Below, in pieces: positions 8,873 to 17,904 of a DNA stretch of 38,893 nt. The notes beneath the pieces were generated by a model. That model was given only the letters and a program-made list of their open reading frames with translations, ran no database searches and was not told the DNA's origin. The position numbers were made by a program, and so were the translations under genes. The stretch comes from Oscillospiraceae bacterium (GTDB taxonomy: Bacteria; Fibrobacterota; Fibrobacteria; Fibrobacterales; Fibrobacteraceae). The stretch is taken from contig CAVKXR010000001.1 in the NCBI GenBank assembly GCA_963660275.1, positions 1 through 38,893 of the forward strand. The letters are read 5' to 3'. Position 1 is the first letter of the stretch. Each line of letters starts with the position of its first letter.

Positions 8873-10688
8873 CTTTTGCCAACGGGTTTTTAACGTCATG
8901 CGACGTGATGAAGCTCGAAATTCCGAGATCGATAATCATCTGCAGGTATTTTTGCCGAAGGTAGCGATTGACGCTTGCCGCCGTATCCATCTTGAGTACG
9001 GTTCGGGCTGTCGCCTTGACATCTTCGTAATTTACGGAGCGGATGATTTTTTTGCATTCCATGATGCTCCACGGAGTCATGGAAAGTTCATCGACGCCTA
9101 GGCCGACAAGGACAAGTGTCGATAGCGGATCCGAACTCATTTCGCCGCAGACGCATACGGGAATCCCTTCGTGGTGGGCAGCGCGGACGGTTCGGTCTAT
9201 CATGTTGAGAACTGCGGGATGGTGAGGCTCGAACAGGTTCGCAATCAGTTCGTTTGTACGATCGACGGCGAGCGTAAACTGGATCAGGTCGTTTGTTCCG
9301 ATGCTGAAGAAATCGACTTCCTTGGCGAGAACATCGACCATCATGACGGCGGCGGGGACTTCGATCATGCAGCCGATTTTCACTTCTGGCAGGGTAAAAC
9401 CTTCGTTGAGAAGTTTTGTTCGGCATTCCTGGTAAAGCTTTTTCGCTTCGCGCAGTTCATTTAAACTGCTGATCATGGGAAACATGATGCGCAGATGTCC
9501 CGCTCGGCTTGCGAGAAGAAGCGCGCGCAGCTGTTCCTTGAAAAGGTCCTTGCGGGAAAGGCATACGCGGATGGAGCGCCACCCCATAAACGGATTCGCT
9601 TCGTCCGTTGCGGAAATGTCCGAGACGAGCTTGTCTCCGCCCGCGTCGAGCGTCCGGATGACGACAGGATACGGATTCAGCCTTTTTAAAATGTGCTCGT
9701 AGGCGGCAGCCTGTTCCTCGCAGGTTGGCGTTCCCTTTCGGAAGAACAGAAATTCCGACCGGTAAAGCCCGATGCCCGTCGCCCCGAAGTCGAGAACGGA
9801 TTCCGCTTCGATGGGAAGCTCGATGTTCGCTTGGAGCGTGATGTATTTGCCGTCGAGCGTCATCGGCTCCAGCTGCCGCATCGTGAAAAGTTCTTGCTTC
9901 TGCTTGTTGTAAACAGCGAGCTTTTCCTGGAAGCGGTTCAGGTCGTCTTCGTTCGGGTTGATGATGACCATGCCGCCCGTGCCGTCGATGAAGAGCGAAT
10001 CGTCTTCCTCGATAATCAGGGAGATGTTCCGCAGACCGGAAACCGCCGGAAGCTGCATCGCCCGGGCGAGAATCGAAATGTGGCTTGTCCGTCCGCCGAT
10101 ATCCGTGGCAAATCCGAGGACTTCTTCCTTTTCGATGGACATCAACATGCCGGGCGTGAGTTCATGCGAGATGATAATCGCGGGTCCCGACGATTTCTTT
10201 TCGGCGCGCTTGGGGGCCGTTTCTTCGAGTGCGGAAAGCAGCCGGTTGTAAAGCTCCTTCAAATCCGTGGAGCGTTCCCGCATGATTTCGCTCTTGCTGT
10301 TTTCGAATTGGGTAATCAGGGCGGAAAGCGTACTGTGAACCGCCCAGCGAGCGTTGTGGGCTTCCTTGCGGATGCTCGAAACAATCGGAGCGAGCAGCAT
10401 GGAATCCTTGAGCATCATCAGGTGGGAATCGAAGATCCGGCTTTCGCTTTCGCCTAATCGTTCCGTCGTGACTTTTTTCAGGTCTTCGATTTCTTTCGCA
10501 GTCGTTTCGACCGCCTTGATGAAACGCTCCTCTTCGGCGGCGAGGGCGCTTTCCGGAAGCGCGGATGAATCCAGGGAAAACTTTCTGGTCTCGATTTTTC
10601 GAACGTGTCCGTAAGCGTAACCGGGGGATGCCGCTACCCCGACAAGGACTGTGCGGATTTTCTGATTCTCAGCCGTTTTGGTCTTCAT
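8865..10688 (-). CDS. ptsI: PEP-protein phosphotransferase (PTS Enzyme I)
   Basis: GGRTSH phospho-His motif, GLYRSEFLF, RTLDAGGDK, EANPFMGWR, SIGTNDLIQ, CGEM. Confidence 0.95.
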   Translation of the reverse strand: MKTKTAENQKIRTVLVGVAASPGYAYGHVRKIETRKFSLDSSALPESALAAEEERFIKAVETTAKEIEDLKKVTTERLGESESRIFDSHLMMLKDSMLLAPIVSSIRKEAHNARWAVHSTLSALITQFENSKSEIMRERSTDLKELYNRLLSALEETAPKRAEKKSSGPAIIISHELTPGMLMSIEKEEVLGFATDIGGRTSHISILARAMQLPAVSGLRNISLIIEEDDSLFIDGTGGMVIINPNEDDLNRFQEKLAVYNKQKQELFTMRQLEPMTLDGKYITLQANIELPIEAESVLDFGATGIGLYRSEFLFFRKGTPTCEEQAAAYEHILKRLNPYPVVIRTLDAGGDKLVSDISATDEANPFMGWRSIRVCLSRKDLFKEQLRALLLASRAGHLRIMFPMISSLNELREAKKLYQECRTKLLNEGFTLPEVKIGCMIEVPAAVMMVDVLAKEVDFFSIGTNDLIQFTLAVDRTNELIANLFEPHHPAVLNMIDRTVRAAHHEGIPVCVCGEMSSDPLSTLVLVGLGVDELSMTPWSIMECKKIIRSVNYEDVKATARTVLKMDTAASVNRYLRQKYLQMIIDLGISSFITSHDVKNPLAKDD

Positions 10689-10944
10689 GGAAATTTTCGC
10701 GGAAAAGTTGTTCCAGCTGGTCGAGAATTTGTTTTTCGTCTTCGCCGTTTGCGATGAATTTCACGGTGGAACCGGGCGTTATGGCGAGCATCATCACGTT
10801 GAGAATGCTCTTGGCGTTCACCTTGTTCCCTTCGTATTCCAGGGTGATGTCGCTTTTGGATTTTCCGGTGAGATCGACGATCATTCCCGCTGGGCGAGCG
10901 TGTACGCCAAGCTTGTTTGTGACAACGATTTCTCTGCTTTGCAT
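10669..10944 (-). CDS. ptsH: Phosphocarrier protein HPr
   Basis: NKLGVHARPA (His15) and NAKSIL (Ser46). Confidence 0.95.
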   Translation of the reverse strand: MQSREIVVTNKLGVHARPAGMIVDLTGKSKSDITLEYEGNKVNAKSILNVMMLAITPGSTVKFIANGEDEKQILDQLEQLFRENFHEDQNG

Positions 10945-10961
10945 AAATTTACCCGATAAAA

Positions 10962-11870
10962 TTAGAAGAGGTCCAGGTTTACGTCGAGACCGTCCTGGAG
11001 GATGATTTTGAAGAGGCTGTCCGCGGAGTGGAGCGTTTGGAGCAGGTCGTCATGAAGAGTGCGGTCGTTCAGGAGGATTCCCGCCGTGTTGTCCTTTGTC
11101 TGCAATTTCTTCGTGATGGACGTCAGGCGGTCGGTGACGGAATCCAGCTTGCCGATAACGTTTCCCGCATCTTTTATAAGTCCGCTTGCATCCGACAGGA
11201 GTTCTCCGACAGGAGCCGCTGTCGTGTCGAGCAGGGCGTTGACCTTGAGCGTCGCCTCGTTGAGGTTGTTCAGGCTTTTTTTGATCTGCGGGTCCGCATC
11301 GGCGAGCATTCTCGAAAGCCTGTCTTCCAGATTTTCCGCCTTGTTCATCATCGTCTTGAACTGCTTTCTAAATTCGGGATTGGCGATGGTGGAGTCCATT
11401 ACCTGGTGGACGGACGTGATGAGAACCTTTGTCGAGTCGATGATTTCGCCGGCAAGGCCCAGAGCTTCCGCAATACCGGCATCGAACTGCCCATCGATCG
11501 TGTCGCCCGGAGCGTAATGCGCCGAGGAATCGTGCAGGATTACTCCGATTTGGCGTTCTCCCATGATGCCGATATTTTGTACGCGGATTTCGGAGCCGAC
11601 GGGAATCTTTACATCGTTGCGGATTCGCACGACGACCAGTACGCGGTTTCCCGAAAGGTAAATGTTTTCGACTTTTCCTAGCTTGACCCCGTTGATTTTC
11701 ACCGGATCGTCGAGCGTCAGCGTGCTCACTTGCGGAAAGCGCAGATAGTAAGTGTCGAAAACTTCGCGCGGATCCTTGTCGTTCAGGAAGAAAAGTCCGA
11801 AAATCAGGATGATGATGGCCAGCAGAACGACTAGTCCGACAGCGAGATATAAACTGGTATTCTTTTTCAT
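10962..11870 (-). CDS. MlaD/MCE-family lipid transport protein
   Basis: N-terminal TM, MCE motif (DPVKINGVKLGKVENI...GIMGERQI) and a helical C-terminal region. Confidence 0.88.
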   Translation of the reverse strand: MKKNTSLYLAVGLVVLLAIIILIFGLFFLNDKDPREVFDTYYLRFPQVSTLTLDDPVKINGVKLGKVENIYLSGNRVLVVVRIRNDVKIPVGSEIRVQNIGIMGERQIGVILHDSSAHYAPGDTIDGQFDAGIAEALGLAGEIIDSTKVLITSVHQVMDSTIANPEFRKQFKTMMNKAENLEDRLSRMLADADPQIKKSLNNLNEATLKVNALLDTTAAPVGELLSDASGLIKDAGNVIGKLDSVTDRLTSITKKLQTKDNTAGILLNDRTLHDDLLQTLHSADSLFKIILQDGLDVNLDLF

Positions 11871-11888
11871 CGCAGAAGTTAATTTAGT

Positions 11889-12569
11889 TTATTCGTCAAT
11901 GCGCTTGACGGAACTGGAAGCGCTTTCGTCGTTTAAGTGCCGTTCGAGCCATTCGAGAAGAAGGGCGTCGCGTTCTTCCGGGGGAAGCGTGTAGGCTGAG
12001 CGTCCTTTCTTTTGCATGAAATGGTCGAGGTAGCACATCAGAACGCCACCCGCGACAGAAACGTTCATGGATTCCGTGATGCCGTATTGGGGAAGCTTGA
12101 ATTCCGCATCCGCCGCGGCAAGCGTGTCGGGATGGTTTCCCGTAAATTCGCTGCCGAGATAAAAAGCAGTCGGCTTCGAAAGATCCAAATCGAGAACGGA
12201 ATTTTCCGTGTTGGTGCTTGCGACTGCGATTCGGTAGCCTTTCTTTCGGAGATGCTCAAGGCAGGCTTTGCGCTTTTTATACAGATAGATGTCCATCCAC
12301 TTGATCGAGCCTTTTAAAATGGACTTATTGATTTTATACGGATTGACTTCCTCGATGACATGCGCGTCTTCGATCCCAAAGACTTCCGCCGTTCGGATGA
12401 CTGCGGAAATGTTGTGCGGGTCGAAAAGATCTTCGAGGACCATGCAGAAATGCCTTGTGCGGTTCTGCACAACCTTGAACAGAAGGTCGCGCCGATGCTC
12501 GGTAATTCGCGGAAGAAGCGCTTCGATTTTCGCTTGCATTTCTGGAGAGGAATAGCTGTAGTTGGACAT
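11889..12569 (-). CDS. TrmH/SpoU-family RNA 2'-O-methyltransferase
   Basis: LEDLFDPHNISAVIRT, GSEFTG, ESMNVSVA. Start taken at MSNYS (ATG 12569). Confidence 0.88.
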   Translation of the reverse strand: MSNYSYSSPEMQAKIEALLPRITEHRRDLLFKVVQNRTRHFCMVLEDLFDPHNISAVIRTAEVFGIEDAHVIEEVNPYKINKSILKGSIKWMDIYLYKKRKACLEHLRKKGYRIAVASTNTENSVLDLDLSKPTAFYLGSEFTGNHPDTLAAADAEFKLPQYGITESMNVSVAGGVLMCYLDHFMQKKGRSAYTLPPEERDALLLEWLERHLNDESASSSVKRIDE

Positions 12570-12577
12570 GGAACCTT

Positions 12578-13534
12578 CTATTTTCCTGGATTCATTTGTT
12601 TGAAAATCATCGGGGTTTCCGTGACGAAAACGGGTTTTTGCCGTTGCGCGGCCTGCTTTTTCTTTTCGACGGCATCGCCGACGGTCCATTTGATTTTTCC
12701 CGCGGCGACTTCCCGGAATTCGGCGAGTTCGGGCGCGAAGCGCGGGCTTTTGAGAATGGACGATGTATCGACCGGTGCGTGGTTTCCGGCGACATAGCTT
12801 TCGGAAGATTCCGAAATGTTTCGGATGATTTCCGCAATTTTGGAATTGACCACATCGCGGAAAAATCCCATTTTCATAATGGAATTGAGAACGGCGTTTG
12901 CCGGAAAGACGATTGCCTTGAATCGGTAATGTGTCTGTCCGTTTTCTGGATGCATGTCCAAGACGGCGACTGCGATTCCGTGCAGGTTCCATTTCAGGAT
13001 TTTGCAGCGTCCGCTTCCGTAAAAAACATTGTGAAATCCTTTTTCGGTTCCCGCGCTGTCCTGGAGAACCCAGTAGAAATCCCCAAAGAGATGCCCACCG
13101 TTGTTGCCGCTGAAAAGCCTCTGGTTTGCGGAATTGTAATGGATGGTATATTCGGTTTCCTGAAAGAGATTGACAAGAACTGTCGTAAACGGAAAGTGGT
13201 CGAAGAGATAGCTCATCATGTCGCCGCTTACGGGAAGCTCGCCCGATGTCTCGTAGATGACCCGGTAGCGGTTTCCGAGATGCCCAAAAATTTCAAATGT
13301 GACGGGACTTTGCAAATCGATTCCTCTCGAGTTCAGATCCTTGAAAGGTTCGCAAAAATCCTTGTCGTATTTGATGTCTTCTACAGGGACGAGTTCTCCT
13401 TCGGAACATCTCGGCAGGATGGTTGCGAGACAAGCCTTCGCCGCGGCGCAGGCGTTGTGACGCAGTTCGCCCTTTGTCGGTCCGGCGTTTGCGATAGCGA
13501 AGAACGCAAAAAGGAGAATGGGAAAACTTTTCAA
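12578..13534 (-). CDS. Secreted hypothetical protein
   Basis: Tightly packed in the operon. Probable TTG start at 13534 gives a signal peptide (MKSFPILLFAFFAIANA). Cys cluster near the N-terminus. Confidence 0.7.
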   Translation of the reverse strand: MKSFPILLFAFFAIANAGPTKGELRHNACAAAKACLATILPRCSEGELVPVEDIKYDKDFCEPFKDLNSRGIDLQSPVTFEIFGHLGNRYRVIYETSGELPVSGDMMSYLFDHFPFTTVLVNLFQETEYTIHYNSANQRLFSGNNGGHLFGDFYWVLQDSAGTEKGFHNVFYGSGRCKILKWNLHGIAVAVLDMHPENGQTHYRFKAIVFPANAVLNSIMKMGFFRDVVNSKIAEIIRNISESSESYVAGNHAPVDTSSILKSPRFAPELAEFREVAAGKIKWTVGDAVEKKKQAAQRQKPVFVTETPMIFKQMNPGK

Positions 13535-13541
13535 TCGAAAC

Positions 13542-15026
13542 TCACTTTCTGAAATCGAGGCTGTCGAGCGGAACGACGGTGAAGTTTCCGACATCCTTTA
13601 ATTTTTCTGCAGGTCCGACGATGGAGACAGTCATCTTGTCCGGGTCGAAATATCGGGCAATCATCTGCTTCACCTGTTCCGCGGTCACCTTGTTAATCTC
13701 GTTCACGTAATCGATGTAGTGGGAGTCTTCCTTGCCGAGTAATTCGCCCTTGGCAAAAAGAACCGTCGTGCTTGCCGGAGAATCAAAAAGGCTCGGGAGG
13801 CTTTCGATGAGCGTTTTCTTCGCCTGTTCGAGTTCCGCTTCGCTCGGGCCTTCCTTGGCGAGCTTTTGCACTTCTTCCTTGATAAGCCGGAGCGCTTCGC
13901 TTGCGCTTTCGACCTTTGTCTGCAGAGCGATAGTCACAAGTCCCGTGTCGCGGTAGTCGTTATCGACCGTGCTGTAGATACTGTAAGCGAGGCCGTTGTC
14001 CGAGCGAACGCGAGCCATGAGCCTTGACGAGAAGGAGCCGCCTCCGAGGATAAAGCTCGAAACCGCCGCCGGGTAATAATCCGGATGAGGCCGCTTGACA
14101 AAAGGCGCGCTCATGGAAATGTTCGCTTGGGAAATTTCCCTATCGACCAGGTAGATTCCCGGTTTGTTCCTGAGCCTTATCGGCGGAACTTCCGTCTTGT
14201 TTTGGGCGTCTGTCGGCCACGTCGTGAAATATTCCCGGAGAGCGGTCTCCATGGAATCCCGATTGAAGTCCCCGGCAATCGCAAAGACGATGCGTCCGGA
14301 ATGAAAGCGTTCCTTGGCGATTTTCAGCAGGTCGTTTCGGGAAACTTTTTGAAATTCGTCAGCGGTTGCGTTCCAAAGTCGCGGATTCGGTTCGTAGTTG
14401 GCGAATTTATCTAGGGCGGCGAGGATTCCCGACGGATTGTCGAAGCGGTGCTCGTAGGCTTTTGCCGCGTTCGCCTTTTGAATTTCGAGAGCTTTTTCGT
14501 CAAACGCCGGCGAGAGGAAAACTTCCTTGGCGAGTGAAAGCAGCGCGGGAAAATCCTTGGTCATGCATTCGATGCCGATGACGCTCTGGAAAGTCCCGAC
14601 GGCTCCGGCGAGAGAGGCCGCGATGAATTCGAGCGAGTCGTCTAGAGCTTGTGGGGAAAGCTTCGTGGAGCCTCCGCGGCGAAACATCGACGACAGAAGC
14701 TCGTAGGCGGCTTCGTTCGAAATGCTGTCCGTGACAAAAGGATCCTTGAAAAAGATGTTGAAGTGGATCAGAGGAAGCGTCCTGTCTTCCTGGATGTAGC
14801 CCGTGATGCTGTCGGAAATTTTTACCCGGAAGTCTGCCGGAAATGGAGCCGTGTATTTGAATTCGGGATAGGCGATTTCCTTGTAGGACTTTGGAAGTTC
14901 CGGTTTGATTTCCGCGGGCTTTTCATTTGTCGGAATTTCTGCGGTCGCCGCCATTTCCTTGGGCTTGGACGTTCCCGAACAGGCGATGAGCGAAGCCGCG
15001 ACGGCGAGGAAAAGAATTTTAATCAT
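13542..15026 (-). CDS. M16-family peptidase, non-catalytic subunit (lipoprotein)
   Basis: Lipobox LIAC, ILGGGSFSSRL..VR...GLAYS motif, no HxxEH. Confidence 0.88.
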   Translation of the reverse strand: MIKILFLAVAASLIACSGTSKPKEMAATAEIPTNEKPAEIKPELPKSYKEIAYPEFKYTAPFPADFRVKISDSITGYIQEDRTLPLIHFNIFFKDPFVTDSISNEAAYELLSSMFRRGGSTKLSPQALDDSLEFIAASLAGAVGTFQSVIGIECMTKDFPALLSLAKEVFLSPAFDEKALEIQKANAAKAYEHRFDNPSGILAALDKFANYEPNPRLWNATADEFQKVSRNDLLKIAKERFHSGRIVFAIAGDFNRDSMETALREYFTTWPTDAQNKTEVPPIRLRNKPGIYLVDREISQANISMSAPFVKRPHPDYYPAAVSSFILGGGSFSSRLMARVRSDNGLAYSIYSTVDNDYRDTGLVTIALQTKVESASEALRLIKEEVQKLAKEGPSEAELEQAKKTLIESLPSLFDSPASTTVLFAKGELLGKEDSHYIDYVNEINKVTAEQVKQMIARYFDPDKMTVSIVGPAEKLKDVGNFTVVPLDSLDFRK

Positions 15027-16480
15027 TAGCGTTCATCCCCTTTGAGCAATCTTCCGACGGTTGCGTTCTTGTGCCGGAATATCTTCGTTGCCGCTTCCTG
15101 GACCTTTTGCGGCGTAACGCTTTCGAGCTTTTTAGGCCAATCCAGGAGAAGGCGATAGTCTCCGAACATTTCGTACCAGGCGAGCTGCGTCGCGACATTT
15201 TCCATATCTTGGAAACTTTCGACGAGAGCCATCGTGGCGCGGTTCTTCACTTTTTGCAGTTCGCGTTCGGATATGGGTTCGGTTTTCAGGCGTTCGAGTT
15301 CTTCCCAGACGAGAGCTTCGGCGGAGTCCGGGTTAGCGTCTGGCTTGAGCGAAACGTAAATCGAAAATTCAGAAACATATTTGTTTACGCTGTTGCCCGA
15401 TTTTGCCGCGGTGGCGATTCCTTTTTCTTCGACGAGTTTTTTGTAGAGCCTGCCCGAACGCCCGTTGAGAACCCCCTCGATCACGTCGAGTGCGTAGAGC
15501 GTTTCGTCGCCGATTTCCGGCGTCTTGAAAGCGATATCGATTCGGTTGGGGGCGTCGGGTCGGTAAACGGTGAGACGCTTCTCTCCGGCCTGTTCCGGGT
15601 CGCGGACCGTAATCGGCGCAAAGGATTCTCCGGGCGGGATGTTTTCAAAATATTTTTTGATTAGCTTCATCGTTTCGAGCGTGTCGAGGTCTCCAGCGAG
15701 GACTAGAATCGCGTTGCGCGGTTTGTAATATTTTCGGTAATGTTCCGCAGCCTGTTCGCGGGTCAGGTTCATGATATCCGAGGGCCAGCCGATGGTCGGA
15801 ATGCGGTAGGGGAACGCTTCGAATTCCATCCCGTTCAGCGTTTCGAAGTAGCGACCTGTCGGTCGGTCGTCGTAGCGCATCCGCCGCTCTTCCCGGACAA
15901 CGTCCCGCTCGGAGTAAAATTCCCGGAGTATCGCGTTCTGCATCCGGTCCGCTTCAAGATAGAGGAAAAGTTCTATCCGGTTCTTCGGAAGCGTCACGAT
16001 GTAGGCGGTCATCAGGTCTGTCGTGAAAGCGTTCAGTCCCGTGCCGCCCGCTTGCTGGTAGGCGCTCCAGAGTTCTTCCTTCACCAGGAACTGCCGTTGG
16101 ATTTCGACAAGGGAATCGTATTCGGCGCGAAACTTTTTCGCTCCGGCGGAATCCTTTTTCAAGAGAGCTTCGCGCGCAAGCGCCATCACGGAATCTTCTT
16201 TTGCCATCAGGACGGAATCCTTGGCGAAGTCCGTCACCCCGACCGTTTTCGTCCCCTTGAAAAGCTCATGTTCGAGCAGGTGTGCAAGCCCGGATTTGCC
16301 GGGAACCTCGTTTACGGAACCCGTGACATAGAACAGTCGGCAGCTGACTGTCGGAGCCTGGTGGTTGGGATATAGCAGCACGGTGAGACCGTTGTCGATA
16401 ACTTCCCGGTGAATCGGAAAATCCACGGCGAAAAGCGTTGATTGCACGGACAGGAAAAGCCCAAGGAGAATTTTTCGCAT
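15026..16480 (-). CDS. M16-family zinc peptidase, catalytic subunit
   Basis: SGLAHLLEH inverted zinc motif, NAFTT, ERDVVREERR, signal peptide. Start taken at MRKILL. Confidence 0.92.
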   Translation of the reverse strand: MRKILLGLFLSVQSTLFAVDFPIHREVIDNGLTVLLYPNHQAPTVSCRLFYVTGSVNEVPGKSGLAHLLEHELFKGTKTVGVTDFAKDSVLMAKEDSVMALAREALLKKDSAGAKKFRAEYDSLVEIQRQFLVKEELWSAYQQAGGTGLNAFTTDLMTAYIVTLPKNRIELFLYLEADRMQNAILREFYSERDVVREERRMRYDDRPTGRYFETLNGMEFEAFPYRIPTIGWPSDIMNLTREQAAEHYRKYYKPRNAILVLAGDLDTLETMKLIKKYFENIPPGESFAPITVRDPEQAGEKRLTVYRPDAPNRIDIAFKTPEIGDETLYALDVIEGVLNGRSGRLYKKLVEEKGIATAAKSGNSVNKYVSEFSIYVSLKPDANPDSAEALVWEELERLKTEPISERELQKVKNRATMALVESFQDMENVATQLAWYEMFGDYRLLLDWPKKLESVTPQKVQEAATKIFRHKNATVGRLLKGDER

Positions 16481-16498
16481 GGAACCTCGGAAATGCAT

Positions 16499-17320
16499 TT
16501 AGATAAAGAGCATCGTGTTCAGTTTGGAGCGGTATTCCCAGGTGAGCGGGTCCTTCGGCCCCAAAACGTTGAACAGGACGAGCATCGATTTTTTTGCCGC
16601 ACCGTCGCGGAAGTCGGGACTTGCCATCGCGAGCCGGAAAAATTCTTCGAGCGCAGCGCGATAGTCCTTTCGGGAAGCGTCCTGACAGGCGGTTCGGAAT
16701 GCCTTGGCATCGCCTTCGACAGCGTCCGTCTTTGCCGCTTCGACAAGAAGGTCCATCAGTTCGATGAGCGACTTGGCGTTTGCGGATTCCGCGCTGTTTT
16801 CCGGGATTTCCCGGAGGATTTCCTTTGCCCGTTCGGCGTTGTCCATTCCCAATTCGCATTTCGCGAGGAGAATTTTAAAGTGGTCGTCGGATTTTTTGGC
16901 GAGTTCCGCTTCAATCGCGGCTTTGGCTTCTTTGAAGTTTCCGCTTGCGACCGCTTCCTCGATTGCCATTTTTTGACTCTCTTCTTCGGAAATGAAGAAA
17001 GGCGAGAGACGCTTTTTGAGTTCCTCTTCTGGAAGCATCCCCTGGATGGCATCGGCCATTTCCCCTTTGGAAAGAACGACGACAAACGGAAGCGACTGGA
17101 TTCGGAACGTCTGGACGAAAGCCATGTTGTCCGGCGTGTCCAAGTCTATTTCGCCGAGCGTAAAGTCCAGCTCCGCGGAGAGCTTTTCGAGTGTCGCGTT
17201 ATAACCGGCGCATTCCGGCATCTGGGACGAAGCGAATGTGAGAACGACCGGGCGGGTTTCCGCTTCCTGCATCACCTCGGTCTGAAAAGTTTGTACGGTA
17301 ACAGAGATTACTTTTGCCAT
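16499..17320 (-). CDS. Thioredoxin-fold/TPR chaperedoxin (YbbN/CnoX-like)
   Basis: N-terminal Trx fold (FRIQSLPFV), TPR, and C-terminal DGAAKKSMLVLF..LG..DPLT.EYR.KL. Confidence 0.85.
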   Translation of the reverse strand: MAKVISVTVQTFQTEVMQEAETRPVVLTFASSQMPECAGYNATLEKLSAELDFTLGEIDLDTPDNMAFVQTFRIQSLPFVVVLSKGEMADAIQGMLPEEELKKRLSPFFISEEESQKMAIEEAVASGNFKEAKAAIEAELAKKSDDHFKILLAKCELGMDNAERAKEILREIPENSAESANAKSLIELMDLLVEAAKTDAVEGDAKAFRTACQDASRKDYRAALEEFFRLAMASPDFRDGAAKKSMLVLFNVLGPKDPLTWEYRSKLNTMLFI

Positions 17321-17349
17321 AGTCCAAAATTTACTATTTTCTGGTAACG

Positions 17350-17904
17350 ATGAATAGCACGTGCCCCTTTTGCAAATCCGAAACGAAACAGGTCGAACTA
17401 TCCCGTCTTGACTTGCGAATCTGCCCGCATTGCCTTGCCACTTTTTTCCCGAGCGACAAGACGATGGCGTTTCGGCGCGAAGTCTTTGACAAGACTCGGG
17501 CGCTGTGGCTTCTCGCTTTGGAAAAGCGCAAAGCGGACTGGGTTGAACCAGACGAATCCGCCTGCTGCATCGATCACGGGGAAAAGCTCGTGCCTGGAAA
17601 CTTGCCCGATTACGGTTTTCCGGGAAAAGTGGCGACGTGCTGCAACATGTTCCAGCTGCCCGCTTCGGCGATGGCGAAAATTTTGCGTCGGATGTCGGGT
17701 TCTCCTTCGGATGAAATGCTCGTGTCCTCCAAGAAAAAGCATCATTTTGCCTTTATCGTCTTGCTTTCAAAACTTGTGGATAAGATTTTTGGATCCGGGG
17801 ACGCCGAAGACGATTCGTTCGAAGCGATTCAGTATAACTTGAAGTTCAAGGAAATTCTCGAAAACGGTTCGGAGACTGAATGGCAAAACGCATCGCAATC
17901 CTGA
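17350..17904 (+). CDS. Hypothetical Zn-ribbon protein
   Basis: CPFC...CPHC and CCIDH...CC motifs. Confidence 0.7.
   Translation: MNSTCPFCKSETKQVELSRLDLRICPHCLATFFPSDKTMAFRREVFDKTRALWLLALEKRKADWVEPDESACCIDHGEKLVPGNLPDYGFPGKVATCCNMFQLPASAMAKILRRMSGSPSDEMLVSSKKKHHFAFIVLLSKLVDKIFGSGDAEDDSFEAIQYNLKFKEILENGSETEWQNASQS

Noticed and set aside
12570..12992. Apparent 141-aa N-terminal extension of TrmH
   Set aside because: Arg-rich out-of-frame read of the upstream gene. The true start is probably ATG 12569.
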